Source: Polyangiaceae bacterium
GTDB lineage: Bacteria; Myxococcota_A; Polyangia; Polyangiales; Polyangiaceae
Direction of reading: 5' to 3'
Length of the DNA stretch: 64,000 bases
NCBI GenBank assembly: GCA_044376115.1
Contig: JBILLK010000017.1
Coordinates: 64,001-128,000 of the forward strand
In this document: positions 47,044 through 56,282 of the stretch, one piece after another
Position numbering within the stretch: the stretch's first letter is position 1
Layout: each line of letters begins with the position of its first letter
Program-made: the position numbers and the translations under genes
Notes under the pieces: generated by a model
The model's input: only the letters and a program-made list of their open reading frames with translations
Told to the model about the DNA's origin: nothing
The model's database searches: none

Positions 47044-48447
47044 TTAACGTTCGAGCTTGTCCCCCGGAGCTGGGATCGGGACATCGGCAAAGCCAGCCGT
47101 CGCGAGCTTTTGGGCGAGCACCTTTTGGGGGGCCGGGTCTCCGTGAACGAGGCACACCGTTCGCACGGGGCCGCACGCGCGGGACGCCGTCGCATAGTGC
47201 AGTAGATCCTTCTGGTCGGCATGGGCTGAAAAACCGTTGAGCACGACGACCTCGCAACGGCGCTCTCGCTCGACGCCGAAGATCTTCACCCGCATACGCT
47301 TCTCGACCAGCCGCCGACCCAAGGTGTGCGCCGCCTGATAGCCGACGATGAGGACTGTGTTCTTGGCGTCCTCCACAGCTACGCGAAGGTGATGGAGGAT
47401 GCGCCCGGCCTCGCACATGCCGCTGGCTGAGATCACCACCGCTGGCTCTGAGGAGGTAGAAATCCGCTTCGAGCCCTCTTTGTCTTCGATGTACGAGAGG
47501 TTCTCGAAGTCGAAAGGCGAGTCGTTGCCGCGAATGAGCGCACGCGTCTCTGTGTCGTAGCACTCGGGGTGGAGCTTGAAGACATCGGTGACGCGAACGG
47601 TCAGCGGCGAATCGACGTAGACGGGCAAATTGGCCGGGATTGAGCCCGCCTTCTTGAGCTTCTTGATGGCGAAGATCACCTCCTGCGCGCGTTCGAGGGC
47701 GAACGACGGCACAATCACCTTGCCGCCGCGCTTGACGGTGCGCGCGATCGTGCGCCCGAGATCGTCATCCATCTTGTCGATGCTGTCGTGCAAACGATCA
47801 CCATAGGTGCTCTCGGTGATCAGTACGTCCACGTCGGGCACCACCTCGGGGTCGCGCAGGATCGGTCGGTCAGCGCGTCCAAGGTCTCCCGTAAACAAAA
47901 GGCGACGCTTGCTGTCGCCTTCATCGATGTCGAGCACCGTGATGGCGCTGCCGAGGACGTGGCCGGCGTCGTAGAAGGTCAGCTCGACGCCCGGCAGAAG
48001 CGGCACGGTCGTGTGATACGGCACCGCGATCATTCGCTCGATCACGCGCACCACGTCTTCATCGGTGTAGAGCGGATCCACATACTCGTCACTGCCCGTC
48101 CGTTTGGCTTCTTTGTTCAAGTAGCGGGCATCGGAGTCTTGGATCGCAGCGGCATCACGCAACATCACCGTCGCAAGGGAGCGCGTCGCGGGAGTTGCGT
48201 AGACCGCGCCCTTGTAACCCTGCTTGTAGAGCAGCGGCAGCGCGCCCGAGTGATCGATATGCGCGTGAGAAAGCACCACCGCGCGAACCTCTCGCACCGG
48301 AACGCGCAGGTTTCGGTTGCGTTCGGTCGACTCGTGACGCGCACCTTGAAACAGGCCGCAATCGAGCAGGATCGCGCCTGCTCGCGTTCGGATCAGGTGC
48401 ATCGAGCCTGTGACGGTCTGGGCCGCGCCTACAAATTCAATTTGCAT
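47044..48447 (-). CDS. MBL/beta-CASP ribonuclease (YSH1/CPSF-like)
   Basis: GAAQTVTGS, SHAHIDHSG, AGHVLGS, TGDLG, ESTYG, SGMCEAGRILHH, FSAHAD and VHGD. Confidence 0.94.
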   Translation of the reverse strand: MQIEFVGAAQTVTGSMHLIRTRAGAILLDCGLFQGARHESTERNRNLRVPVREVRAVVLSHAHIDHSGALPLLYKQGYKGAVYATPATRSLATVMLRDAAAIQDSDARYLNKEAKRTGSDEYVDPLYTDEDVVRVIERMIAVPYHTTVPLLPGVELTFYDAGHVLGSAITVLDIDEGDSKRRLLFTGDLGRADRPILRDPEVVPDVDVLITESTYGDRLHDSIDKMDDDLGRTIARTVKRGGKVIVPSFALERAQEVIFAIKKLKKAGSIPANLPVYVDSPLTVRVTDVFKLHPECYDTETRALIRGNDSPFDFENLSYIEDKEGSKRISTSSEPAVVISASGMCEAGRILHHLRVAVEDAKNTVLIVGYQAAHTLGRRLVEKRMRVKIFGVERERRCEVVVLNGFSAHADQKDLLHYATASRACGPVRTVCLVHGDPAPQKVLAQKLATAGFADVPIPAPGDKLER

Positions 48448-48490
48448 GGGCCTGCGAGCATAGCGAGCCTTCTTCGGCAGTCGGGCTGGA

Positions 48491-49249
48491 TTAGCGCCCG
48501 AGCGCGCCAGCGATCAAGCGCACGTCATCGGTCATGATGCCGTCTGCGCCGGCCGCTTCGGCTTTGCGAGCCGTGGCAACGTCGTTGATGACCCAGAAGT
48601 CGACCTTCAGCCCCTGCTGGTGCAAGCGATCGATCAGCGACTTCGTCACGAGGTCCACCGGGCCGATCCGCACCGGAAGCTGAATGCGTTGACCCCTAGG
48701 GGCGAGCCAACGAGGAGCCGCGGCAGGTAGGAGCAACGCGCGAATGGCCTCCTTTTGCGCAAGCCCCGTCTCTCCGCGATAGCCGTTGCGGCGGACCTCT
48801 CGCACGACCGAGTCATAGAAACTCGTGAGCAACACGCGATCCTCGGCGCCGAACTTTCTCACCACCTCCATCACCAACGAGACGGCGCCATGCTCCGGCT
48901 TGATGTCGATGTTGAAGCGGTGGTTCGGAAATCGCTCCAGCGCCTCAGCCAAGAGTGGCGCACGAAAGCTTCGGTCGGAAAACCCGCTGCCGTCTTTTGC
49001 TCGAAAGCCGAAGCCGACGTTGAGGCGCAAAATCTCCTCGAGACGCAAGCTCCGCACGAGCCTGCGATCGGCAGCCATGCGCAGCGCGGAAGCGTCATGG
49101 TGAATCACCACCGCGCCATCCGCGGTCACGTGCACGTCGGTCTCGATTGCGTCAGCGCCGAGCTCTACCGCGAGTTCGAAGGCCTCGAGCGTGTTCTCAG
49201 GAAGCTCGATCGATGCGCCGCGGTGGCCAAAGAGGATGGGTCGATTCAT
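48491..49249 (-). CDS. Glycerophosphodiester phosphodiesterase
   Basis: GHRGA...PENT, IETDV, HHD, NIDIK, WVIND and DGIMTD. Confidence 0.93.
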   Translation of the reverse strand: MNRPILFGHRGASIELPENTLEAFELAVELGADAIETDVHVTADGAVVIHHDASALRMAADRRLVRSLRLEEILRLNVGFGFRAKDGSGFSDRSFRAPLLAEALERFPNHRFNIDIKPEHGAVSLVMEVVRKFGAEDRVLLTSFYDSVVREVRRNGYRGETGLAQKEAIRALLLPAAAPRWLAPRGQRIQLPVRIGPVDLVTKSLIDRLHQQGLKVDFWVINDVATARKAEAAGADGIMTDDVRLIAGALGR

Positions 49250-50358
49250 GGGGTGCAAGCGCCGGCGGGAAGGGAGTCAATCCATTCGGAGAGCAACGCG
49301 AGGCCTTCTTGGTGGACCACCTTCGAGCCAAGCGGCGGCATGCGCTTCTCCGGGTCGGTCGAGGTCATGCGGCAAATCATGATCGATAGGTCGCTGCGAC
49401 CTGGAACGACGTCGTACGTATGGCCGCAATTGGCGCCGCCAGCGCTGGCTGGCGTTTTGCAAATGCCCCAAAGAATTTCGGGGTTGTCGGCGGGGTTGGT
49501 GGAAGCAAAATCAAGAAGCAACTTGCTCGTTGAAGCCTCGCCGCCATTGCGGTGACAACTCGCGCAGTTGGCCTCGAAGTACGATCGCACGCGCAAAAAC
49601 AGCTCCTCGTCCCCGTACGGATCGACCAGCCGCTCGCGGTCTTTCTCCGGTGGTAGCGTGTCTGCAAGCCAGCCGAGCTCGACCAGATACTTAAGCTGGT
49701 TTTTGCTGACGCCGTCGTACTCGTGGTTGCGATCGAGCTGCCGAACCTTCGGGCCAAGCGGCACCACCGTGTCGTCGACCTTGTGGCAGTTCTTGCACTC
49801 ATTGGTGTTCGGTACCCGATAGTCGGTGTCGATGGTTTGGCCGTCAGGCCCAACGAAGGAGACTGGCACGCCAGTTCCGGAAACCAGCCGTTCAGCTTCG
49901 GTTTGCTCCTCGTTCCACACGTACGTATGAGCGACCCAGCCGTCCGGCTCGCGAATCAGGATCCGCGTTTCGACGATGGTCAGCGCCTCGAAGGGCTCAC
50001 GCGAATCGGCCGCATGGGCGAACGTCTTTACGAAGATCGAGCCCTCGGGAAAAGCCAGAATGTCGTCGGCTTCGTAGCCGACCGTCTGACCTTCGGGCAC
50101 ATACATGAAGCGGAACTTCGTGGTGTAGTCGCTGAAAAGCGGAGCGATTACGTCGTAGGGGACGACCCCGTCGGCTGGAGTTTGCAGCGCCAAATCGCGA
50201 AATAAGTGCCAGTCGCTGAGCCGGTCGTAGGGCTCACCCACGGGAGGCGGAGTGACCACGACTTTGGGCTCGACCGGCGGCTCCGTATCCTCGCTACAGC
50301 CGCCCGGGACAAGGGCCACCAACGATAGGACGAGGGCGAAACTTCGGCCGAGGTGCAT
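49246..50358 (-). CDS. SO2930/HNE_0200-family di-heme c-type cytochrome lipoprotein
   Basis: Lipobox-like PGGC; PY..IAPLFSDY..K.RF, FP.G....KTF, ETR.L, Y.WN.EQTEA, CKNCH, CASCH and RMPPLG. Confidence 0.85.
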   Translation of the reverse strand: MHLGRSFALVLSLVALVPGGCSEDTEPPVEPKVVVTPPPVGEPYDRLSDWHLFRDLALQTPADGVVPYDVIAPLFSDYTTKFRFMYVPEGQTVGYEADDILAFPEGSIFVKTFAHAADSREPFEALTIVETRILIREPDGWVAHTYVWNEEQTEAERLVSGTGVPVSFVGPDGQTIDTDYRVPNTNECKNCHKVDDTVVPLGPKVRQLDRNHEYDGVSKNQLKYLVELGWLADTLPPEKDRERLVDPYGDEELFLRVRSYFEANCASCHRNGGEASTSKLLLDFASTNPADNPEILWGICKTPASAGGANCGHTYDVVPGRSDLSIMICRMTSTDPEKRMPPLGSKVVHQEGLALLSEWIDSLPAGACTP

Positions 50359-50466
50359 TCGCGAATTGTACGCGCGATGGTTGAAGCCGTCATCGAGTCA
50401 GTGACCCCTGCGTACAGGAGATATCAGCTCGACAGCCCGGAGCGCACTCTCTATGGTGCGCCGCCA

Positions 50467-52743
50467 ATGGCTAAAAATGAGCATTCTTGGGCTTTCTTTC
50501 GTGCTGGCGGAGTGGATCAAGTTGCGCTGCGCTCCGGTGCCGATGTCGACCACCTGGACCAACTCGACAAGAAGCTTTGGGTGGCGCTCGCCTGCCCGAC
50601 CAAGGGCCTAGAGATCGATGAAAAGACCCTCTCGATCATCGACTCCGATGGCGATGGTCGGATTCGGCCGCCCGAGGTGTTGGACGCGGTTGCCTGGTCG
50701 AAGAAGGTCTTCAAGTCGCTCGATCTGTTGTTCGAGAAGGGCGCCTCGCTACCGCTCGCTCAGCTGAACGACTCCGCGGACGGCAAGGCTGTGCTCGCGA
50801 GCGCCAAGCGAATTCTGCGCGATCAAGACAAGAAGGACGCAAAGGAGATCTCCCTCGATGACGTCGCGGCGATGGAGAAAGTGTTCGTCGCAATGCGCTT
50901 CAACGGCGATGGCATCGTACCTGTCGATTCCGCCGAGTCCGAAGAGCTGAAGAAGGCCCTGGGCGAGATGCTCGAGGCCGTTGGTTCGGTCGCCGACCGC
51001 AGTGGAAAGCCGGGTCTCGACAAAAAGCTGTGCGAGACGTTCTTCGCCGATGCGGAGGCTTTTTTGGCCTGGTCGAAGGAAGGCGAGGCCGCCGACGCAG
51101 CGCCGCTCGGCGACAAGACCGCGGCGGCAGCGGACGCCCTTGCGGCAGTTGAAGACAAGGTGCGTGACTACTTCACGCGCACGCGCATTGCGACCTTCGA
51201 CGCACGAGGCCCCGCAACGCTCAACGCCTCCGAAGCCGAACTCACCGCGCTCAGCCCGGAGACGCTGAGTTCGAACAGCGATGGACTGCGCAAGCTTCCG
51301 CTCGCGCGGATTGAGCCCGGCAAGCCGCTGGCGCTCGAGAACGGCCTCAATCCCGCATGGAGTGCGGCGATTAGCACCTTCTCGAAGGAGGCAGTTACGC
51401 CGCTCTTGGGCGCTCGCACGTCGCTCACGGAGTCGGACTTTGAGCAGTTGGTCAGCAAGCTCGCGACCTTCCGATCCTGGTCGGCCAAGAAGCCAAGCTC
51501 GGGAGCCAGCAAGCTTGGCGTAGCCCGCTTGACCGAGCTGCTCGAGAAGTCGCTGCGCGATTCGGTGTTCGCCTTGATCGACGAAGACGCTGCACTCGAA
51601 GGTGACTACGCGCAGATCACGACGGTGGAGAAGGCGATCCGCTATCGCAAAGACCTGCTGCGGCTGCTGCGCAACTTCGTCAACTTTGCCGATTTCTACA
51701 ACAAGAAGGATGGCTCTTTCCAAGCCGGCTCCCTCTACTTGGATGGTCGCGAGTGCGCGCTGGTGATCTACGTCAACGACGCCGCCAAACATGCAGCGCT
51801 CGCCGGCATGTCGAAGTCGTATCTCGCCTACTGTGACTGCACGCGTAAAGACGGCGCAAAGACAGCGGTGGTCGCAGCCTTCACGGCCGGTGACGTGGAC
51901 AACCTGATGGTCGGCCGAAACGGCGTCTTCTACGACCGTAGCGGCCAAGACTGGGATGCCACCATCACCAGCATCGTTGAAAACCCGATCAGCGTTCGGC
52001 AGGCCTTCTGGTCACCGTACAAGCGCGTGATTCGGTTGGTGGAAGAGTACGTTTCCAAGCGCGCCGCCGATAAAGAGAAGGAATCAACGGCGCTGGTCGA
52101 CTCGACGACAGCGGAAGCGACCAAAGCCGCTGAAGCGCCGCCCCCCGTGGCTGGAGTTGCGGCTGCCGGTGCTGTTGCTGCGCCGCCGCCGCCCGAGAAG
52201 AAGGGGATGGACATTGGCACGGTGGCAGCCGTTGGTGTGGCGGTCGGCGGCATTGGCACCTTCGTCGGAATGATCCTGTCGAAGTTCATCGACCTTGGGG
52301 TGTGGATGCCCTTGGGCATCCTTGGGCTTCTGCTGCTCATCTCAGGCCCTTCGATGTTGATCGCCTGGCTCAAACTTCGTCAGCGCAACCTCGGACCTCT
52401 GCTCGACGCCAACGGTTGGGCCGTCAACGCCATGACCAAGATCAACGTGCCGTTCGGCGGCTCGCTCACCAAGGTTGCATCGCTGCCCCTCGGCGCTTCG
52501 CGCACCGCCGAAGACCCCTACGCCGAGAAAGAGACGCCTTGGGGGTTGTACATCTTCTTGGTGATTATCGTCCTCGGCGGGGTGCTTTGGACGATGGGCA
52601 AACTCGATAGCTATCTCCCGGAGAAGGCCCGCGCGGCCTCGGTGTTTGCACCCGCGCCCGCGCCTTCGGCGGCACCCTCTGCAGCTCCGGCTACCTCCGC
52701 AGCACCAGCTGCTTCCGCAGCGCCTGCGGCTCCGCCGAAGTAG
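50467..52743 (+). CDS. Large hypothetical protein with EF-hand-like motifs and C-terminal membrane segments
   Basis: W.FFRAGGVDQV, LWVALACP, DSDGDGRIRPPE, FNGDG; C-terminal TM segments and an Ala/Pro tail; strong codon bias. Start taken at ATG 50467. Confidence 0.8.
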   Translation: MAKNEHSWAFFRAGGVDQVALRSGADVDHLDQLDKKLWVALACPTKGLEIDEKTLSIIDSDGDGRIRPPEVLDAVAWSKKVFKSLDLLFEKGASLPLAQLNDSADGKAVLASAKRILRDQDKKDAKEISLDDVAAMEKVFVAMRFNGDGIVPVDSAESEELKKALGEMLEAVGSVADRSGKPGLDKKLCETFFADAEAFLAWSKEGEAADAAPLGDKTAAAADALAAVEDKVRDYFTRTRIATFDARGPATLNASEAELTALSPETLSSNSDGLRKLPLARIEPGKPLALENGLNPAWSAAISTFSKEAVTPLLGARTSLTESDFEQLVSKLATFRSWSAKKPSSGASKLGVARLTELLEKSLRDSVFALIDEDAALEGDYAQITTVEKAIRYRKDLLRLLRNFVNFADFYNKKDGSFQAGSLYLDGRECALVIYVNDAAKHAALAGMSKSYLAYCDCTRKDGAKTAVVAAFTAGDVDNLMVGRNGVFYDRSGQDWDATITSIVENPISVRQAFWSPYKRVIRLVEEYVSKRAADKEKESTALVDSTTAEATKAAEAPPPVAGVAAAGAVAAPPPPEKKGMDIGTVAAVGVAVGGIGTFVGMILSKFIDLGVWMPLGILGLLLLISGPSMLIAWLKLRQRNLGPLLDANGWAVNAMTKINVPFGGSLTKVASLPLGASRTAEDPYAEKETPWGLYIFLVIIVLGGVLWTMGKLDSYLPEKARAASVFAPAPAPSAAPSAAPATSAAPAASAAPAAPPK

Positions 52744-52768
52744 CGAGGCGGCAACACAGCGAAGCATG

Positions 52769-52804
52769 GCGGCGGCGTCGCCAGGCGCCGCCGCAGCCGT
52801 TTTG
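52769..52804. terminator. GC-rich hairpin between convergent genes (probable terminator)
   Basis: GCGGCGGCGTC-GCCA-GGCGCCGCCGC (11-bp stem), followed by AGCCGTTTT. Confidence 0.65.
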
Positions 52805-52809
52805 TAGGC

Positions 52810-53889
52810 TCAGCGAGGAATGCGAAAGCCGTCGAGCGGCACGGCAAGTCCGGATGGGACCTCGTCCGGTCGCGTCGGTTCATTGGCGCGCGACATCAAC
52901 GCCTTGCGCAAGAACACCGAGATCAGCGCCGCCTCGTCCTTGGACAACGCGCGCCCTTCGGCTCGCGCTGCGGCGGTCTCGACCTCGCGCAGCACGGCGT
53001 CTTCAAGCTCCAGGGAGGAACCATCGTGAAAGAACGGACCTGTTTCGCGCAAGTTGCGCAACGTTGGTACCCGCATTTTGCCGCGGTCCGCTGGCTGCTT
53101 GGTGACTGCGTACCGCCCATCATCATCCGAATCGATGCGCTGTTCGAAGCGTTCGGAGTCGAACAGAGGCGGCACGTGACAATTCGCACAACCCGCTTCA
53201 GCGAACAGCGCCATTCCCTTCTTGCCATCAGCAGAGAGCGCGCCCTCATCACCCGCAACGTATTGGTCATAGGGCGCGCGCCTCGTGATCAACGTTCGCT
53301 GGAAGGCCGCCAACGCCTTGGCCAGGTTCTCCTCCGTTACACTCGGAGAGTCCTGTGGGAAGGCGGCGTCGAACAGCTCCACGTAGGTTGGATTCGCTCG
53401 CAACTTCGCCACGGCTAGCGCTGGTTTGAGGTTGAGCTCAACCTCGTTTTCGAGCGGATCCAACGCTTGCGACTCGAGCGAAGGACGCCGACCGTCCCAA
53501 AAGTAGGAGTCACGAAACACGACATTCCAGAGGGTTGGCGCGTTGCGGGTTGTCTGATGGGGACCATCCCGCCCGGGCCCCGTGGGCCCTTCCCCCTCGA
53601 CACCAACCGAGAGGGCAAGCCCATCCGAGAATCCCCATTGCTCGCTGTGACAGGTTGCACAGGCGGTGCGCTCGTCACCGCTGAGGATCGGGTCGTAGAA
53701 GAGCAGCAGTCCGAGCGACACCTTCTCCTCGGTCGTGGGGTTATCCAGCGGCTCGATCACGAGCGGAAAGGCCTGATAGTCCCAGGGGAGTGGCGGCCCT
53801 TCGTACGGCAGCACGGCAGGCTCCTCGGTACAGCCCGAGAGCGCCGCACTGAGTACCACGCCCGCGACGGTACGACGGTCGAACTTCAC
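52810..53889 (-). CDS. Di-heme cytochrome c peroxidase/MauG-family lipoprotein
   Basis: Lipobox LSGC; LG..LFYD..LS, CATCH, RNAPT, FWDGR, CANCH and VPTLRN...PFFHDGS. GTG 53889 overlaps the upstream stop. Confidence 0.9.
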   Translation of the reverse strand: MKFDRRTVAGVVLSAALSGCTEEPAVLPYEGPPLPWDYQAFPLVIEPLDNPTTEEKVSLGLLLFYDPILSGDERTACATCHSEQWGFSDGLALSVGVEGEGPTGPGRDGPHQTTRNAPTLWNVVFRDSYFWDGRRPSLESQALDPLENEVELNLKPALAVAKLRANPTYVELFDAAFPQDSPSVTEENLAKALAAFQRTLITRRAPYDQYVAGDEGALSADGKKGMALFAEAGCANCHVPPLFDSERFEQRIDSDDDGRYAVTKQPADRGKMRVPTLRNLRETGPFFHDGSSLELEDAVLREVETAAARAEGRALSKDEAALISVFLRKALMSRANEPTRPDEVPSGLAVPLDGFRIPR

Positions 53890-55190
53890 GGCAGCACGAT
53901 CGCCGGCAGCGGCTCCCGATCGCATTCAAACGGAGTGGTGTCCGTCGATTGATTGGCCTCGATACCGATGTTGGCGATGCCGTTGAAGTTGCGGAACGTC
54001 GGAGGCATCGCTGAGAGACAAATCTCGGCCGAGCCTTCCGTCTTCTCAACGCCGTCCCAAACCACGTTCTCAAGCGGATTGGCTGGCAACGTGGAGAGCG
54101 GCTCAAACGGCATCGCGCCGTTGTTGGTGAAGGTATTGCCGTAAACGTACAGCCCTTCGGGATCCGGATCCGTCAGCGGATCTTCATCAACGTCGGGGAG
54201 CAGCAAGCCCAGCGTCGTGAACGAAACCACGATCACGCTGGTGCTGTCGTTGTCATAGATGTTGTTGTCGCGGATGTGGGTCTCGTCTGCAGAGAGCACC
54301 AACACTCCGATACCCGGCGGTACGGCCGCGACAACCGTGCCGTTCTCAGCGAAGTTCTCGCGATTGTTGTCGTAGATCTCGTTGTCGTGGATGTCGCAGT
54401 TGATGCCGTCCTTCTTCTCGAGGTTGGGCAGCGTGAACACCAGCACGCCGGCGGAATTGTCATAGGCCTCATTCTCGTAGACCTCGGCGTCGGTCGAGTT
54501 CTCGATCTCGATGCCCGCGACGTTGGCGTACACCTTGTTGCGACGAACGATGATGTTCTCGGACTGACCGACGTACGCTCCGGCGTCGGCTGCACCCACG
54601 ATCTCGCAGTCCTCGATCAGGACGTTTTTCGACTTGACGGGGTAAACGGCGTAAGCGCCGTTCTCAGTAACCGAGCCCGCATCCCAGAAGACCTTTAGAT
54701 CGCGGAAGGTGACGCCGTCTGCGCCGGTTACGACGATGCCGTTGCCAGGGGTGTTCTTCACAGTGAGTTTCTCGACCGTAAAGCCGTCGCTGGTGGCCGT
54801 TAGACCGTCATCTCCGCCGGTTTGGTTTGCGAAATCCAGAATCACGTCGTCTCGAGAAGCGCCAACACCGCGGACGGTGAGATTCGGCTTATCCACCGAC
54901 AGTTCATTGGTCAGGTTGTAGGTGCCGGGACACAGACAGACTGTCTCTCCGGAGTTCACACCCTCGATGAAGGCCGCCTGCAAGGTTGTGGTGTCGTCCT
55001 CCGTCGGCCCCAGTGCGAGGTCACAGCCACTGAGATCGAGGCCTTCACAAGCTTGTGGCGTGCTGCCACCGCCGCCCGAGCCTCCCGCTCCACCGGCTCC
55101 GCCAGAGCCACCGGAGGAGGAGCTATCTCCGCAAGCAACGAGCAACGAAAAAACGGAGGAGACCAAGAGGGAAAGCGTGGGCGTGCGCAT
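53886..55190 (-). CDS. Parallel beta-helix repeat lipoprotein (TIGR03805-like)
   Basis: Lipobox LVAC; NGAYAVYPV.S.NVLIE, GA.DAG.YVGQS, NVAGIEIENS, F.LP.L and NFA..G..VA.VP.G. Start taken at ATG 55190. Confidence 0.88.
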   Translation of the reverse strand: MRTPTLSLLVSSVFSLLVACGDSSSSGGSGGAGGAGGSGGGGSTPQACEGLDLSGCDLALGPTEDDTTTLQAAFIEGVNSGETVCLCPGTYNLTNELSVDKPNLTVRGVGASRDDVILDFANQTGGDDGLTATSDGFTVEKLTVKNTPGNGIVVTGADGVTFRDLKVFWDAGSVTENGAYAVYPVKSKNVLIEDCEIVGAADAGAYVGQSENIIVRRNKVYANVAGIEIENSTDAEVYENEAYDNSAGVLVFTLPNLEKKDGINCDIHDNEIYDNNRENFAENGTVVAAVPPGIGVLVLSADETHIRDNNIYDNDSTSVIVVSFTTLGLLLPDVDEDPLTDPDPEGLYVYGNTFTNNGAMPFEPLSTLPANPLENVVWDGVEKTEGSAEICLSAMPPTFRNFNGIANIGIEANQSTDTTPFECDREPLPAIVLP

Positions 55191-55223
55191 AGGCAGCCAG
55201 ATTAACATGTCCGCGAGACCACG

Positions 55224-56282
55224 ATGGCCAAGGTATTGATTCTGGGCGCAGGAATGATGGGCACCGCACTCGCGCAACCACTTTGCGATCGCGGACACGA
55301 GGTACGACTCGTCGGCACCTGGAAGGATGCTGAACTGGTTGCCGGTATGAAGGCGGACCGCGTCCACGCTCGGCTCGGCACCAAGCTTCATGACAACGTC
55401 AGCGTGTGGAGCCACGATGAGTTACCCGCCGCGCTGCAAGGGGTGGAGGCCATCGCGCTCGGGGTCAGCTCGGCAGGCATAGGATGGGCTTGCGAGGTCT
55501 TGACCGCACAACTCGATCGCGCGCTACCCATCTTCATGATTACGAAGGGGCTCGAGCTGCACGGGCCCCAGCTGCGCACCCTGCCCGACGTAGTGGCAGG
55601 CTCCTTCACGGGGACGCTGCGCGACTCGCTTCACCCCGCCGCGATTGCTGGCCCGTGCATAGCGGGCGAGCTCGCTCGCTGCGTTCCCACCTGCGTCGTT
55701 CTCACCGGGCGCGATGAGAGCACCAACCGTTGGCTGGTCGAGCTGCTTCAAGGGCCGTATTACAAGGTCTTCCCGACCACCGATGTGATCGGGGTCGAAG
55801 TTTGCGCCGCGTTGAAGAACGCGTTTGCGATGGGCATCGCCTTCGCCGAGGGAATGCATAAGAAGGCTGGCGGCAGTTCGGGCAGCGTCGCTATGCACAA
55901 CCTGGAGTCGGCGGTCTTCGCGCAAGCCTCGCTCGAGATGCGCTGGCTGACGCGAGCCCTAGGCAGCACCGGCGACAGCGCTGTTGGACTCGCAGGCGTT
56001 GGCGACCTGGACGTGACGACCAACGGTGGTCGCACCGGACGCTTCGGGAGGTTGCTCGGCGAAGGCTTGAGCGTAGAGCAAGCGATCGTGCGCATGGACG
56101 GAGCAACGCTGGAGTGCCTCGAGATCCTGCGAGTGGTCGAGCAGGCCTTTGAGGCACGGGCCTTCGGCGCCGCACAGCGGGAACAATGCCCACTGCTGTC
56201 CCACTTGATTGAGGTGGCGCTCCATCAACAACCGGTTGAACTACCGCTCGAGCGCTTCTTCGCCACGGAACTTTCACGGTGA
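55224..56282 (+). CDS. NAD(P)H-dependent glycerol-3-phosphate dehydrogenase-like protein (divergent GpsA family)
   Basis: GAG.MGTALA, TKG, GP..A.E, GVE..AALKN and G.GDL; GRT where GpsA has SRN. Confidence 0.82.
   Translation: MAKVLILGAGMMGTALAQPLCDRGHEVRLVGTWKDAELVAGMKADRVHARLGTKLHDNVSVWSHDELPAALQGVEAIALGVSSAGIGWACEVLTAQLDRALPIFMITKGLELHGPQLRTLPDVVAGSFTGTLRDSLHPAAIAGPCIAGELARCVPTCVVLTGRDESTNRWLVELLQGPYYKVFPTTDVIGVEVCAALKNAFAMGIAFAEGMHKKAGGSSGSVAMHNLESAVFAQASLEMRWLTRALGSTGDSAVGLAGVGDLDVTTNGGRTGRFGRLLGEGLSVEQAIVRMDGATLECLEILRVVEQAFEARAFGAAQREQCPLLSHLIEVALHQQPVELPLERFFATELSR

Noticed and set aside
44629..48537. Long plus-strand ORFs opposite lon and the beta-CASP gene
   Set aside because: Typical antisense open frames of high-GC genes, with no motifs.
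52640..52740. Short GC-rich repeats here and at 43660-43790 and 55060-55120
   Set aside because: They encode Ala/Pro/Ser or Gly linkers, with no fixed repeat-spacer period, so they are not CRISPR or REP arrays.
41759..53889. Methanobactin cluster (MbnB-like plus MbnH-like genes)
   Set aside because: No MbnA-like peptide, MbnC, TonB-dependent receptor or MbnP was recognised. The peroxidase is 9 kb away and coupled to a different gene.
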